Below are positions 19,591 to 28,406 of a DNA stretch of 50,758 bases, in pieces (position 1 is the stretch's first letter; each line of letters begins with the position of its first letter). The notes under the pieces were generated by a model. The model did no database searches. It saw only the letters and a program-made list of their open reading frames with translations, and was not told the DNA's origin. The stretch is from NCBI GenBank assembly GCA_017853605.1, contig JAFMJG010000003.1, positions 1 to 50,758 of the forward strand, in the 5' to 3' direction. This DNA is from a bacterium (lineage in GTDB: Bacteria > Bdellovibrionota_C > UBA2361 > OMII01). Made by a program: the position numbers and the translations under genes.

Positions 19591-21398
19591 TAGTACTGAA
19601 GTATGAGGTTCGTAAAGGTGTCGTACAGCGTCTGGCTGCCGAAGAGGTTCTCCTGGCCGCTGCCGGGGAGGAGAACCGCAACGCCAGTGCGGATGATGAC
19701 GTTATTGTTGAGAAACGGGCGGTAGACGAAGCCGGCAGAGAGATCTACGCCGATGTCCCTCGTGATCGACCCGTCTTGGCGAAGGTCCTGAAGGACCGCC
19801 ACCTGGTCGAACTGCAGGAAGCTCGTGTTGGTGACGAGCTTGAGCTCGGGGAGCAGATCGAAGTCGACGCCCACGTTGTACACCCGTATGCCCGGGTTGA
19901 CGAAGTTGGCTTGGCCGAGCTCCTTGCCGGCCTTCAGGTCGGGCAGCAAGCTGTTCCTGTTGACGAGGTTGACTCCGCCGCCGCCCACGAAGGGGATCGC
20001 CTCGCGCTGAAAGAACCCCAGGTCTCCCCCTGCAAAGTTCGGGTTGTCAAAGATTGAGTCGAACCCGGTACCGCGGCTGTCGTAAGGATCGCTGTCACCC
20101 GATGCCCAAAAGAATGAGGCACGGAACCTGACATAGTCTAGGTCGTACGAGAGCTCCTGGGCGAACATCTGCGCGCTGATGTCGACCTGCCGGTTTGCGA
20201 TAGGGTTGTGGCTCTCCGAGCCCATCACGTAGTAGTACTGGGTCGTCGTGTTGACGCGCCCAATATGGCCGTCGCCGCCGACGCCAAAATAGGTGGAATT
20301 GAGGTTCTTAAATCGCTCATCGCCGATCGGGGCGGGGCGCACGAGGAACCCGTTCCGGTCGTACGTGTAGCCCGCGTCCCCTGCGTTGTCCCGCCGGTTG
20401 ACCACGCTAAAGAGCATCGTGTGGCCGGGGGCAATCATGTCCTGGCGGTACATGTTTGCCACAAAGACATCCTGGTGCCTGTAGTCGAAGGTCGTGTTGA
20501 TGCCGGTGTTGGTGTCCTTGTCGAGCAAGAAGAATGCCGCTGCGTTAAACTGAGTCCTGTTATTGTCATAGTTTCCGAACACTCGGACACCGGGCTCGTT
20601 GTCGTTGAACAGGAACCCCCGGAAGTCAGCGTTGAACTGCTGGATTCCGAGCCGTGTCGAGACAAAGTCATAGCGCTCTGAGAGGTTTGCCAGGTGAATG
20701 TCAGCAAAGAGCTCCTGGAAGCCAAACGCCTGGGCGGTTCGGGTGTCGCCGAAGGCAGGATCCGCCTTGAGAAGGCCGTCCTCTTGCGCGTACAGCCGGT
20801 TGACCTGGAAGATCGGCGCAATTCGCAGCTCAAAGTCTGGCGGCTTGAAGGCTGTGTCGCCCTTTATGAGGCTGAAGGATGCGATGACGTTCTCGGCAAA
20901 GAAGTTCTGGTCCCCGTCGCCAAAAACGTTGTTGCTGTTGGGCCTCTTGGTGCTCGCCTGGCCCACCGGCACCGGTATGCGCCGCGCCTCGAAGAGGGTG
21001 TCCGAGATAACCGAGACCTCCGTAAACCATTCCTCTCCAGGCTTCCCAAAGGCTGGTATGTCGGCCTTGAGCGCGTTTTGGTTGTAGGGATCATAGTACT
21101 TGCCCGCGTAAAACATGCGCCAGCGATCCGGCACGGCGATGAACTCTGTGGCAGAATCATGAACGGGCTGGATCGACTCATAGATCGTGTCTGGAAACGG
21201 TGCCGGCTCGCTGTCGGGCATGCGGCGTGGCGCCTCGCTGGTCACCGACAGGCCGCCAAGAGATCCCGCTTCCTCCTGGGCGAGCGCCGGCCGCACAGAG
21301 GCCCCAAGAGCGAGCACGAGCACGGCACCCAGCAGTGCGTCGGCCGACGCCCGGCGGGAAGCCCCCTCGCCCGACTGTCTCGGAGCCCGCTGCCCCAT
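19590..21398 (-). CDS. large outer-membrane beta-barrel (porin-like) protein
   Basis: Signal peptide ending ALA|Q; aromatic/Gly/Asn-rich amphipathic strands; terminal NLILQY beta-signal. Confidence 0.78.
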   Translation of the reverse strand: MGQRAPRQSGEGASRRASADALLGAVLVLALGASVRPALAQEEAGSLGGLSVTSEAPRRMPDSEPAPFPDTIYESIQPVHDSATEFIAVPDRWRMFYAGKYYDPYNQNALKADIPAFGKPGEEWFTEVSVISDTLFEARRIPVPVGQASTKRPNSNNVFGDGDQNFFAENVIASFSLIKGDTAFKPPDFELRIAPIFQVNRLYAQEDGLLKADPAFGDTRTAQAFGFQELFADIHLANLSERYDFVSTRLGIQQFNADFRGFLFNDNEPGVRVFGNYDNNRTQFNAAAFFLLDKDTNTGINTTFDYRHQDVFVANMYRQDMIAPGHTMLFSVVNRRDNAGDAGYTYDRNGFLVRPAPIGDERFKNLNSTYFGVGGDGHIGRVNTTTQYYYVMGSESHNPIANRQVDISAQMFAQELSYDLDYVRFRASFFWASGDSDPYDSRGTGFDSIFDNPNFAGGDLGFFQREAIPFVGGGGVNLVNRNSLLPDLKAGKELGQANFVNPGIRVYNVGVDFDLLPELKLVTNTSFLQFDQVAVLQDLRQDGSITRDIGVDLSAGFVYRPFLNNNVIIRTGVAVLLPGSGQENLFGSQTLYDTFTNLILQY

Positions 21399-21403
21399 CT
21401 CCG

Positions 21404-23284
21404 CTACCCTTCCGTGCAGACACCCTGTTCATTGCTGCCACTGAAGGGGGCTTCAGGACAGTTGACGTAGCGAAGCCGCGAATTGCGCTGAGGAACGATC
21501 TGGTCCGCCCGTATCTCAAGCGGCGCGTTGAAGCCAAGGTAGGGATCACCGACGGTGGTGTACCCAACGTAGTCGAGCCCCCGGCGGCTCGCGCCATAGA
21601 AGGCCACCATGTCATCCTGGTCCACGCCGTCTCCGCTGACGCCGATCGCCCCAATCAGCACCCCGCCCCGGTACAGCGGCACGGCGCCGGGGAAGATCTG
21701 AATGCCGTTCCTCAAGCGGCCCCCAAAAACCGCGCTCGTGCACGAGCTGGGCACGGTGCCGGGCTGCAGTATCGGACCAACGAGACTGCCAAACACGAGG
21801 TCGAGCTGCAGGCCGGTATTGAAGACCGACCAGCTCGGGCCTGCCGCTGTCCCGGGGAACGGCAGCGAGAAGGGGCCGTTGGCGGTGCCGTTGATTCCAT
21901 CCGGGAAGAAGGGCCGTGAAACGTTTCCCACCGAGCGGTTGGCGAATGCGTGGCTGCCATCGAGCGAGACACCCGTGAACGCCGCGAAGCTCGCTGCGTA
22001 GTTCGGCGAAACGCCGGCAGCAAGCAGGGTGCCGGCGCTCGCGGAGCTCATGAAAGCCGCCGTGCGCGCCTTCTGGAGCGAAACGTCCACGCCAAACACG
22101 GGGGCATCCTGGGAGCGGATAAAGCCCAGCGGGTTTCCGCTCTCATCAACCACAAAGATCGACACCCGCGCAGAGGTGTCGAGCGGCTGACGTATCGCGG
22201 CCCGGGCGCGGTAGGCGGTGGTGAGCGCCGAGTCGAGCAGGGCGTTCACATCGCTGGCAGAGAGCTGGGCTCCGCCAGGCAGGGGCCTGCCCCCGATGGT
22301 TGGGAACCTCCCAACCAGCACAGCCGCAGGAATTCCCGCCTTCTCTGTTGCGACGATGCCGGAAGGGGCTGTGCCAAACGTGGTGCCGGCCCTGATCTGG
22401 CCATTGGTGTACGAGGGCTGTGACTTGAAGCCTGCCGGGTCGAGGGGCTCAAGCTCCGCAGGCGCCACGATCTCGTTGTACGTCGTGTCTGAGTAGCGCA
22501 GAGACCGGCCCGCCAGCGAGATGCTGTTGCCCGTCCGTTGCGCAGGCGCCTCAAACCCGAGGCTCGCCGTCATGGCCACAACTTCCTCAGGCGACTCCTG
22601 GTAGTCCTGCAGGTTTGGATCGATGGTGTAAAGCCCGTCGAACTCTGCGCTGACACCGCCAACCACGTCTCCCTGCTTGTAGAGCGGGAATCCCCCTGGA
22701 TCGGCCGAAAGCCCAAGCGGCAACGGCCTAGGCCCCACAGGGCCGTTTGCCCTGGTGATGTCGCTGCATATCAGCTGCGAAAACTGAACCCCAAAGAGCG
22801 GCCCGCCCGGCTGGTCGTTCTGGCCGGGAAGGTAGTTCTGCTGGATAATCTGCCCCGCCGTCCGGGAGGAGAATGCGTTTCCCTGCGAGCTTAGGTAGGC
22901 TCCGGTTCCAGCTTTTGAAATCGCGGCAAGCGTCGAGGGAACTGCTATCCCTTCAAGCCCGCCGCTGGCTCCCGTCTGCCCATTAATGGTCGTTGTCTGG
23001 GGCGCTCCGCTCATCTGGTACAGGGCGAGAACATTGCCGGTCCGGTCAGTGATGGCGAACGTCGCTGCCGTCCCCATCCCCTTTGCCGCTGCGACCCCCT
23101 GCTGCAAAATAGTGGTCACCTCCTCAACCGACAGGGACTGGTTAGCGCAGCTGCCATCACAATTAAAGTTGGCAGCGGGGTCCCCGCCGCTCGTCTCGCC
23201 CGCACTTCCGCTGCCGCCCCCGCAGCCGAGCAGCGCCGTCATGAGGGCAGTGGCAGAGATCATCGTCAGTTTCTTGTGGGCCAT
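21404..23284 (-). CDS. lipoprotein with two HbpS/GlcG-like heme-binding domains
   Basis: Lipobox LLGC; two copies of the family signature (AISKAGTG...GGFPLYKQGDVVGGVS and SLQKARTA...GAVPLYRGGVLIGAIGVSG). Confidence 0.82.
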   Translation of the reverse strand: MAHKKLTMISATALMTALLGCGGGSGSAGETSGGDPAANFNCDGSCANQSLSVEEVTTILQQGVAAAKGMGTAATFAITDRTGNVLALYQMSGAPQTTTINGQTGASGGLEGIAVPSTLAAISKAGTGAYLSSQGNAFSSRTAGQIIQQNYLPGQNDQPGGPLFGVQFSQLICSDITRANGPVGPRPLPLGLSADPGGFPLYKQGDVVGGVSAEFDGLYTIDPNLQDYQESPEEVVAMTASLGFEAPAQRTGNSISLAGRSLRYSDTTYNEIVAPAELEPLDPAGFKSQPSYTNGQIRAGTTFGTAPSGIVATEKAGIPAAVLVGRFPTIGGRPLPGGAQLSASDVNALLDSALTTAYRARAAIRQPLDTSARVSIFVVDESGNPLGFIRSQDAPVFGVDVSLQKARTAAFMSSASAGTLLAAGVSPNYAASFAAFTGVSLDGSHAFANRSVGNVSRPFFPDGINGTANGPFSLPFPGTAAGPSWSVFNTGLQLDLVFGSLVGPILQPGTVPSSCTSAVFGGRLRNGIQIFPGAVPLYRGGVLIGAIGVSGDGVDQDDMVAFYGASRRGLDYVGYTTVGDPYLGFNAPLEIRADQIVPQRNSRLRYVNCPEAPFSGSNEQGVCTEG

Positions 23285-23296
23285 GTGCGGTGATTC

Positions 23297-24970
23297 CTAG
23301 CGAGTTAGGCTTTTAAGGTACGAGGCGATATCTTCCTTTCTTTCGCCCGGAAAACCAAGCGAATCGTGGTACGAGTGGCACTCTGTGCAGTCCGAACGCA
23401 CAAAGCCTTCAGTATCCTCGCTGCGGTGGCACTCCTGGCACAGCTGCTTGCGGGGCAGAAGAAGATCTTTTGTCTCTGACGAGCCACGGGCTTTTTCGTG
23501 GCACGACTCGCAGGTGAACTTCTCGTGCGCGCCGTGGCTGAAGTGCGCCTGCGGAAACCACACCGAAGGGATGTTGGGCTCAGCGACAGAGTAATGGGCA
23601 TTCGACACAGTCTGCTCGCTACTTGGCTTTTCGGCTATTGAGTGGCAGAGAAAGCACGCTGTTTTCGTGAAGAGCTGCTTTTCAGCATCTCGGGCGCTGC
23701 CCAGCACCGCAGCGATGCTCTGTGGCACCGGAGCCTCCTCCGCGCCAGGAACGGAGCCAGGCATGTCTCGCGTGGAGTCATGCGCAGGGTTCGGCACCGA
23801 CTCATCTTCCTTAAGCAGCACAACCTTTGAGTATGCGGCAAAGAGCGACTCGAACACAGATTCAGCGTCCCCGTGCGGAACCTCTTCGTACGGAAGTCGC
23901 TCGTCGAAGCCCAGCGAGTGGCAGTCGCGGCAATGCTTGTCAAAGCGTATCGGCTCCAGCTGCCTGAAGTCGGGGCCAAGCCTGTGGCACGCGCCGCATT
24001 CAAGGGTGACAGGCCCCTCTTTGCCCCTCAGGCCGCGCTTGAGGTGAAGCTTATGGTTAAGCTTGATGCGGGACGAGTCGACCGCGCGCTCTTGGTCATC
24101 GAGGCTAACGCGGGACACCGTCCCTTGGGGGCCAGGGACTGAAATTTTGAACTGCGGGTGCAGGTCAAACGACGGCACGTTCTCTGCCGTGGCTCCAGGC
24201 TGCAGAGACGCCATCCTCGCGTGGCACGAGGAGCACTGCCGCGAGTCGTGAGTGATGACCCCTGAGTCCCCGTTGTGCTCCATGTGGCATTGGGCGCAGC
24301 GCGCCTGGAGCGCCGGATGCCGCGCATTGAAATCCCCGATGCCCTTGGCGTGCTCAGTCATGTGGTGGCAGGTGAGGCACTGGGCGTCCTGCACCGGCTG
24401 GAAGGGCTTGGCGTGGCATTGTCCGCAGTCCTCCTCGATGAGCTGGTGCGCCCTCGAGACCGGCCCTGTGCTCCACGCATCTTTTTCGCCAGAGCCAATC
24501 GGCAGGGCGAGGAACACCAGCGAGACCAAGACGGCAGCTGCCAGCGAGAGCATCCTCATCGGCGGCACGTGGGACTCAATCCCGAGCGCCGCGAGGCCCC
24601 TTGCCGCGAGATCCTGATCCTGCGCCGGCTGGGCGAGCCCCTCGACCAGCGTAAGCTCCGCCTCCTGCCCCTGCAGCCGCACGCGAGCCTCAATATCGCC
24701 CAGGGACACCACGTCGCCGTCGGCAAGCGCAGCTCGAGCAACACGCCGCCCATTGACCCGGATTCCCGCAAGGCTCCCTAGGTCAAGCACGGCGAGTGCG
24801 CCCCCTTCCCAGGCGAACCGCGCATGCTCTATTCCGATGCGCTGGCCAACGAGGATGACGTCGGACTCGCCGCCCCTGCCCAAGACTATTTCTTGTTGCT
24901 CAACCCGGGTCTCGCTGCGCTCGACTGAGCCGTTGCTCCCGTGCCTCTCGTGGATGATTCGGAACGCCAT
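23297..24970 (-). CDS. FHA domain, TM helix and decaheme cytochrome c3-like fusion
   Basis: N-terminal IVLGR...EHA...DLGS..GIRVNG (FHA), one TM helix, then ten CXXCH motifs. Confidence 0.88.
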   Translation of the reverse strand: MAFRIIHERHGSNGSVERSETRVEQQEIVLGRGGESDVILVGQRIGIEHARFAWEGGALAVLDLGSLAGIRVNGRRVARAALADGDVVSLGDIEARVRLQGQEAELTLVEGLAQPAQDQDLAARGLAALGIESHVPPMRMLSLAAAVLVSLVFLALPIGSGEKDAWSTGPVSRAHQLIEEDCGQCHAKPFQPVQDAQCLTCHHMTEHAKGIGDFNARHPALQARCAQCHMEHNGDSGVITHDSRQCSSCHARMASLQPGATAENVPSFDLHPQFKISVPGPQGTVSRVSLDDQERAVDSSRIKLNHKLHLKRGLRGKEGPVTLECGACHRLGPDFRQLEPIRFDKHCRDCHSLGFDERLPYEEVPHGDAESVFESLFAAYSKVVLLKEDESVPNPAHDSTRDMPGSVPGAEEAPVPQSIAAVLGSARDAEKQLFTKTACFLCHSIAEKPSSEQTVSNAHYSVAEPNIPSVWFPQAHFSHGAHEKFTCESCHEKARGSSETKDLLLPRKQLCQECHRSEDTEGFVRSDCTECHSYHDSLGFPGERKEDIASYLKSLTR

Positions 24971-24973
24971 ATC

Positions 24974-25789
24974 CTACCGGTAGAAGAGCACGACAACGAT
25001 GTGGATAGCGAGCGCAACACACAGCGCGCACGAGAGGGGGATGTGGGTGTAGAGCCAGAGCTTAAGCAGCGCCTTGATCCGCGCCTGCTCCAGGAGCGAC
25101 CGAATCAGGTCAAGCCGCTGGTCGAGCAGCCCAATCATTGCTATGGCATCACGCTGCTCCGCATCGGAGATAACTGAAAGCATCACTGCTGCCGCTTTTT
25201 GGTTCACCGACGGGTGCCGCTCCTTGACGATAATTGACCAGAGTGAGAGGTCGAGCGGCACATCAAAGGCGTTGTAGACCTGGAGGAAGGCTTCGCTCTT
25301 TCCCGCGCAGAGTGCCTCTGCCTGCTTGCCAAGCTCCCCTATTCGCTCAAGCATTGTCGCGTCCGTTGCCCCTCCCCGGTGCGCCGTGATCTTGCCCGAC
25401 AGCCGCGAGTAATTCACTGCCCCCCAGATGCCGGTGGCGATGGTGCCTACCATCAGGACGTAGGCGGTTGTGTGGACATCAAGCCCGAAGCTAAATCCTG
25501 AGTGGAGGGGCACGAGCAGAATGAGCCCGATACCGATCCAGACGTGGGCAGCAAGCCAGCCTTCGACGGTTCCCAGCGAGGATCTGTAGGCCCGCTTGCG
25601 GGCCGCATACGCCATGAGCAGACCGATGCCGAGAGCGGCGATCGTGCCAAAGGCGTACCCAAGCGCCGTGCCGCCATTGTTGCCGCCCACGGGGCTATTG
25701 AGGGCATACATCGTGGTGCACACAAGCAGCCCAACCGCAGTGATCCACAGCCACCTAAACCGCTTGTAGGAAATGAACGTCTCCTGCAT
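24974..25789 (-). CDS. integral membrane protein, putative di-heme b (ferric-reductase/NOX-like) module
   Basis: About 5 TM helices; H-VWIGIGLILLVPL-H and H-IPLSCALCVALAI-H (both H-X13-H); start ATG 25789 with GAGGGG RBS. Confidence 0.75.
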   Translation of the reverse strand: MQETFISYKRFRWLWITAVGLLVCTTMYALNSPVGGNNGGTALGYAFGTIAALGIGLLMAYAARKRAYRSSLGTVEGWLAAHVWIGIGLILLVPLHSGFSFGLDVHTTAYVLMVGTIATGIWGAVNYSRLSGKITAHRGGATDATMLERIGELGKQAEALCAGKSEAFLQVYNAFDVPLDLSLWSIIVKERHPSVNQKAAAVMLSVISDAEQRDAIAMIGLLDQRLDLIRSLLEQARIKALLKLWLYTHIPLSCALCVALAIHIVVVLFYR

Positions 25790-25797
25790 CTCGCCCC

Positions 25798-28140
25798 TCA
25801 AATCCTCTTTAGGCCGGCTATCTCCACCAGCTTGCTCGAGTGCACTCGCATGGCGGCGCCCGTTGGGCATGCCCGCACGCACGCCGGGCCGCCTGGCAAG
25901 CTGGCGCACATGTCGCACTTTGCCGCTTTTGCTGGCCCCTTCTCCTTCTTCGCCAGGCCCAAAAGTGCCCGGAGCGAGAAGCCGTCACTGGCCTTGTCGT
26001 ACACGATCTTGATTACGCCGTAGGGGCAGTTAGTGACGCAGTTCCCGCAGCCGATGCACGAGTCGCGGATGATCACCTCGCCACTTGGAGTGCGGGTGAG
26101 CGCATCCGGAGGGCAGTCGGTCATGCACAGGGGATTCTCGCAGTGGCGGCACGAGATCGGAACCTGAATCGAGGCGAAGCTCTTGCCCCCCTTCCGATCG
26201 AGGCGAGAGTACCCGTTGTGGGTCGCGGCGCACGCAGCCTCGCAGTTGTCGCACGAGACGCAGAGGTCTGAGTTGATGAGAAGCACGTTCTCGGCATCCG
26301 AGAGCCCCTGCTGCATCATGAAGTCGAGGAGCGAGCCTGCTTCCTCGCTCCAGTCCGCCATCGCATTCTGCACCCGACGGCGGTCCACCTCGCGATGGAT
26401 GGATGCGCGCGTGTCCGGGAACTCCCGCAGCAGCTGGATCACGTCGTCCTTTTTTAGGGCGATCAGGTCGCATGCAACAGCAGCCGTGCATGTTGCCGAC
26501 CTCGGGGTGGGCTCCTCACTGACTACGGCCATCTCGCCGATGTAGCTGCCGGCCGGGACATAGGTGCGCGCGATGTCCTTGCCGGACGGCGCGAGCCGCG
26601 ACACCTTGACTGAGCCCTTGCGGATAACGTACGCCGCATCTCCGAGATCCCCCTCCCTGAAGATGACCTCCCCCTTCTTGAAGCTCTTCATCTCGGCACG
26701 CTTCACGAGCGCCTGGAGGAATGGCTCTGGCGTGTCCGGGAACACGGCGGTCTGGAGGGCGCGAAACATGAAGAGCTCATCGAGGGCGCGCTTGACCGAT
26801 CCAACTGAGGCGATCAGCTTGAGGACCTGCTTGCGGGGCGTCTCAAGCAGGAGCGTTCCGGGCGCAGCCACGCGAACCGTTGCCACACGGCGCCTTCCAG
26901 AGAGGAGGCCCATCTCGCCGAAGAACTGCCCCTGCCCGAGCTTGATTGTGCGCCCTAGCCCTATCTCTATCTCGACCGCGCCTGACACAACGCTGAAGAA
27001 CGTGTCGGTGTAGTCGTTCCTCTCAAAGACAACTGCCCCAGGCTCCTTAAGGTGCAGCGTCGAGTCGATCAGCATTTCACGAAGCTGGGGCGCGCTGAGA
27101 TCCTTAAAGAGCGGAAGGTTTGCCGATATTTTCGGGAAGTTTTCGGCAAACCCTCCTGGCAGGCCCACGAACCGCTCCTCAAGAAGCGGCTGGTCGGCAG
27201 GCTGCACCGGCTCGCCGCGAATGTGCTCGATAACCTCGTAGCCCTGGTTCATGGCCTGCTTAATAAGCGGATAGCCGATCAAGGCGCCGAGCACATAGAG
27301 GCCTGGAACGCTCGACTCGTACCGGTGGCTCACGGACGGCACAGCATTGGGATCAGGGCTTGGGAAGGTGATGCCCGCTGTCTCAAGAAACTTGCGCGGC
27401 AGGACGCAGCCGAGGCGGGCGATGATGTGGTCACACGGCACCGTGACCTCGCCATCGGGGGTGTTGATATGGGCGGACTGGGGCTCGATTCGCGCCACCG
27501 TCGCGCCATAGAAGCACCGTATCTTGCCGCCCTCAATTGCCCCCAGGATCAGCTTCGAGTTGGCGTCCTTCGCGCGCGCAAACTCAGTTCCGCGGTTCAC
27601 GAGCGAGACCGTGTTTTTTTCGGCGAGCGCCAGCGCGTTCTCAATAGCGGCGTCTCCGGCGCCAACCACGATGATGTGCTTGCCGCTGAAGGCGCCCGGA
27701 TCTGAGAGCGTGTACGCCACGTTGCCCTGCTCCTCGCCTGGCACCCCGAGCTTGCGCGGGGCACCCTGCACGCCAATCGCCAGAATGACGTGCTTGGCAG
27801 TGCAGGTTCCCCCCTGGTACCCGACCTCAAACGTTTCGCCCTTTTTCTCAATCCGAAGAACCTCTGCCCTCCTGAGGTTGGCCTTCAGCCTTCCCAAGTC
27901 CTCCTGGTACTCCTGCAGGATCTTTTCCCGGCTCCCAGCCTCAAAGCGGCAGTGGGCCCGGAGGGGAAGCCGCCCAGGCTCCGCCATGACATGCTTGCGC
28001 AGCTGGTAGTCATAAATCGTGTTGGCGATCTCGCCCTTCTCGAAAAGGACGTGGGGGAGGCCGTGGTGCGCTGCGCTTGCGGCGGCAGCGAGCCCGGCTG
28101 GGCCGGCTCCGATAATCGCAATCTCAAAATGCTCGGACAT
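25798..28140 (-). CDS. FAD/NAD(P)H oxidoreductase, 2x cyclic-nucleotide-binding, 4x[4Fe-4S] fusion protein
   Basis: GAGPAG and VVGAGDAA Rossmann motifs; cNMP cassettes FFGEMGLLSGRRRVAT and YIGEMAVVSEEPTPRSAT; CVSCDNCEAAC, CRHCENPLCMTDCP, CIGCGNCVTNCP, CDMC..GGPACVRACP. Start may be 28140 or 28173. Confidence 0.92.
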   Translation of the reverse strand: MSEHFEIAIIGAGPAGLAAAASAAHHGLPHVLFEKGEIANTIYDYQLRKHVMAEPGRLPLRAHCRFEAGSREKILQEYQEDLGRLKANLRRAEVLRIEKKGETFEVGYQGGTCTAKHVILAIGVQGAPRKLGVPGEEQGNVAYTLSDPGAFSGKHIIVVGAGDAAIENALALAEKNTVSLVNRGTEFARAKDANSKLILGAIEGGKIRCFYGATVARIEPQSAHINTPDGEVTVPCDHIIARLGCVLPRKFLETAGITFPSPDPNAVPSVSHRYESSVPGLYVLGALIGYPLIKQAMNQGYEVIEHIRGEPVQPADQPLLEERFVGLPGGFAENFPKISANLPLFKDLSAPQLREMLIDSTLHLKEPGAVVFERNDYTDTFFSVVSGAVEIEIGLGRTIKLGQGQFFGEMGLLSGRRRVATVRVAAPGTLLLETPRKQVLKLIASVGSVKRALDELFMFRALQTAVFPDTPEPFLQALVKRAEMKSFKKGEVIFREGDLGDAAYVIRKGSVKVSRLAPSGKDIARTYVPAGSYIGEMAVVSEEPTPRSATCTAAVACDLIALKKDDVIQLLREFPDTRASIHREVDRRRVQNAMADWSEEAGSLLDFMMQQGLSDAENVLLINSDLCVSCDNCEAACAATHNGYSRLDRKGGKSFASIQVPISCRHCENPLCMTDCPPDALTRTPSGEVIIRDSCIGCGNCVTNCPYGVIKIVYDKASDGFSLRALLGLAKKEKGPAKAAKCDMCASLPGGPACVRACPTGAAMRVHSSKLVEIAGLKRI

Positions 28141-28322
28141 GCAGCCTGCCAGCCCCCAGCCGGAATTCTCCATCGGCCGTAATCAGCCGCCAGGAGAGGC
28201 ACAAATATACGTGTGACCGATGATGCGAGGCAATTCAATACGCGAGCTGCAGCATCAATTTGGCGGGCGCCAGACTGCGCAGCGCGCAGCTCCGCAGGCA
28301 CTGGCGGGGGGCTGCGTGAATG

Positions 28323-28352
28323 ATCCTTGAAAAGCGCACCCGTTTCAGGGAT
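28323..28352. promoter_or_regulatory. imperfect inverted repeat in the divergent promoter region
   Basis: ATCCTTGAAA-N10-TTTCAGGGAT, 9/10 symmetric. Confidence 0.35.
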
Positions 28353-28406
28353 ACCTCCGGAAGCCGTTACCGCGCTTGAACACAAGGGTGAAGAGAGGGG
28401 GCTTTT

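Noticed and set aside
21340-21398. SRR in the porin signal peptide as a Tat motif
   Set aside because: Lacks the following F/L-L consensus, and beta-barrels are normally Sec substrates.
28200-28265. CRP or FNR site upstream of the cNMP operon
   Set aside because: Only isolated half-sites (TGTGA, ATCAA).
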